DNA of 64,000 nucleotides from Takakia lepidozioides. Its lineage: Eukaryota > Plantae > Bryophyta. The stretch covers positions 52,576,001-52,640,000 of the forward strand of contig CM060732.1 in NCBI GenBank assembly GCA_030704615.1, written 5' to 3'. Positions 62,328 through 64,000 of the stretch are shown piece after piece. A program made the translations under genes and the position numbers. Position 1 is the first letter of the stretch. Every line of letters starts with the position of its first letter. The notes below the pieces were generated by a model, which ran no database searches, was not told the DNA's origin, and saw only the letters and a program-made list of their open reading frames with translations.

Positions 62328-64000
62328 TGAGTGAAACAACTGTTGATAATCTGTCTGTAATCTCGCTCTATCCAGGTGCCGACCACGTGGTTAAGGCCTG
62401 GAAGGCTGCTGAATGTCTGGTTCAGTACAGCATAGCAAAAGGGTCTTCATTAACTTCACTTAAAGGGGCTGGTGCAAGAGAGTCTGGCCACATTTACCGA
62501 CAGACACAGACGTTTGGGTTTGGGTTCATGTTGCCAAAACTGTTATCTGCATGCAGGACTATTGCGATAAATGTTGGCCGCAAGAATACCAAAGATAGCT
62601 CAACAGTAATGGTTGACATCTCCCACAACATTGCTGCCTAGGCGTCTACTTGCCACCCAACTGACATCAGAAAGCCTTCTACCTGTTTGCAGTCTCTTAG
62701 AATAAAGGGGCTAGTGTCAAACTGCGCTTCCCAACAAATTCTGGAAGCATAGGTGCAACCCAGAAACAAGAGTGTGTGGTAGCCTATCGGACATCCTTCA
62801 TTCTCATGCACAGGGCTCCCATGTTGACCTGCTTTTAAATCTTAAAAAAAACCGCAGTTGCTGCTCTATGAGCCAGTTCCTAGAAAATTCTAATGGTCAA
62901 CAGTGGAGGTTTGAAGCACGGGCAGACTGTTCTCTGCAACTAGAGAACATGAAGTTGGGGCATAGAGAGGAGAGTCAAGCCCAATGAATTTGACTTGAAT
63001 TGACGCACCTGCACTTGCTCACAATTGCTCCAGATCTGAATGAAGCTGAACTGCAATTTGCCTTTTCACCCAGAACCGTCTGTGCTGCAGCGAGGACAAT
63101 CGGCATGTGAGTGCATTGTTTAAGAGGGGCAACTGAAGGAAATTGTGTGGATTCTCGGTCTCTGGGAGAAATGGGGCATTGCGGAATATTTGGGAACCTA
63201 CTTCCGCCCATTGCAAGATTGTGCTAAGCTTGGAACAGGGCAAACTGCTTTGTGCTGACATCATCAACAGTACATCAACGGTTCTCCTAAACTTTATTCC
63301 TATGTGGAGTCAAACGAAGGACTCGGAGTTGTAAAGCGGAGAAGGGCCAAAAAGTCAATAATCTGAGAGCTCTGAAGCTCTCAGAATGGAAAGGTCAAGA
63401 GTCCACATTACCGCAATTGGCTGATTGAAACAAAAAGATTGCAAAGCTGTGGACCAACTGACTGCATTTCCTTGTAAATTGATCATTGACAGCTCTTGAT
63501 CAAACCATTTTCTTACCAAACAGCTACCATGAAAGTCTGCTTCAGCTCACATAACCTTCCTTTATCCGGTTCTTACACCAGGGCCGTAATGACTGCATGT
63601 ATTTCTTGCATCAGGTGGAGGCTCATGCAAGCAACGGATGCACAACCAAAATGACCTCCAATGCTTTGCAAACCAGTGAATGTTAAGGTTCACTGATGGG
63701 AAAAACAATCATGACATAACATCTGTTGCAAGAAATTCACATTGTGAAGTGAAGAATCTCTTAAGTAGGTTAGTCCTGAAGACCACCTCAAGATGTTTCA
63801 CAAATAGATGCTGCCAGAGCAAAATTTAAGAACTACTATTGTGCATACACGACTAGGTTGTAAAACCTGTATCAGCTATAGGAGAGAAAGCTGGGCACAA
63901 TTCCGACAGAATTCAGCTCAAGATGTCTTCCCTACAAAAAAGGCCTCAGAAACGGGAATCATCACGACCGAAAAAAAATGTAATAGCCCAATTTACAGCA

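Noticed and set aside
62340-64000. Short ORFs downstream of the PPR gene
   Set aside because: No motifs or coherent exon structure.

Overview
Eukaryotic, intron-containing plant nuclear DNA, most likely from a non-seed land plant (inferred from the intronless PLS-DYW gene and the repeat types). Ordinary host genes: a mitochondrial carrier, ELP6, an hnRNP-R/Q-like RRM gene with extra zinc-finger and dsRBD modules, and a PPR-DYW editing factor. These sit among nested mobile elements, several of which carry or lie next to chromatin-modifying enzymes. Main finding: an ~11.8-kb two-gene Mutator-like element (~33260-45059). It pairs an apparently intact GCM-like/MULE-DDE/SWIM transposase ORF with a divergent 10-exon gene that the ORF track hides. 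Hand-splicing that gene gives a ParB/Srx-like domain (WDGNHR) fused to a beta-class DNA amino-methyltransferase (6mA/4mC type); this copy is frameshifted. Its first intron holds an array of CGCCGGCG palindromes, and tRNA-like Pol III boxes flank the gene. Next to it is a Ty3/gypsy relic encoding a C5-cytosine methyltransferase upstream of RT and a PHD finger after integrase. That relic is split by a second LTR element (5-bp TSD GCTAT) and by a 2.2-kb inversion. Also present: an orphan 3-exon SET gene beside a piggyBac fragment, a ~3.95-kb duplication, a U6-LINE chimera, a TA-flanked MITE, a SINE head and a decayed AP2 gene. All calls come from manual motif reading; no database searches were run.
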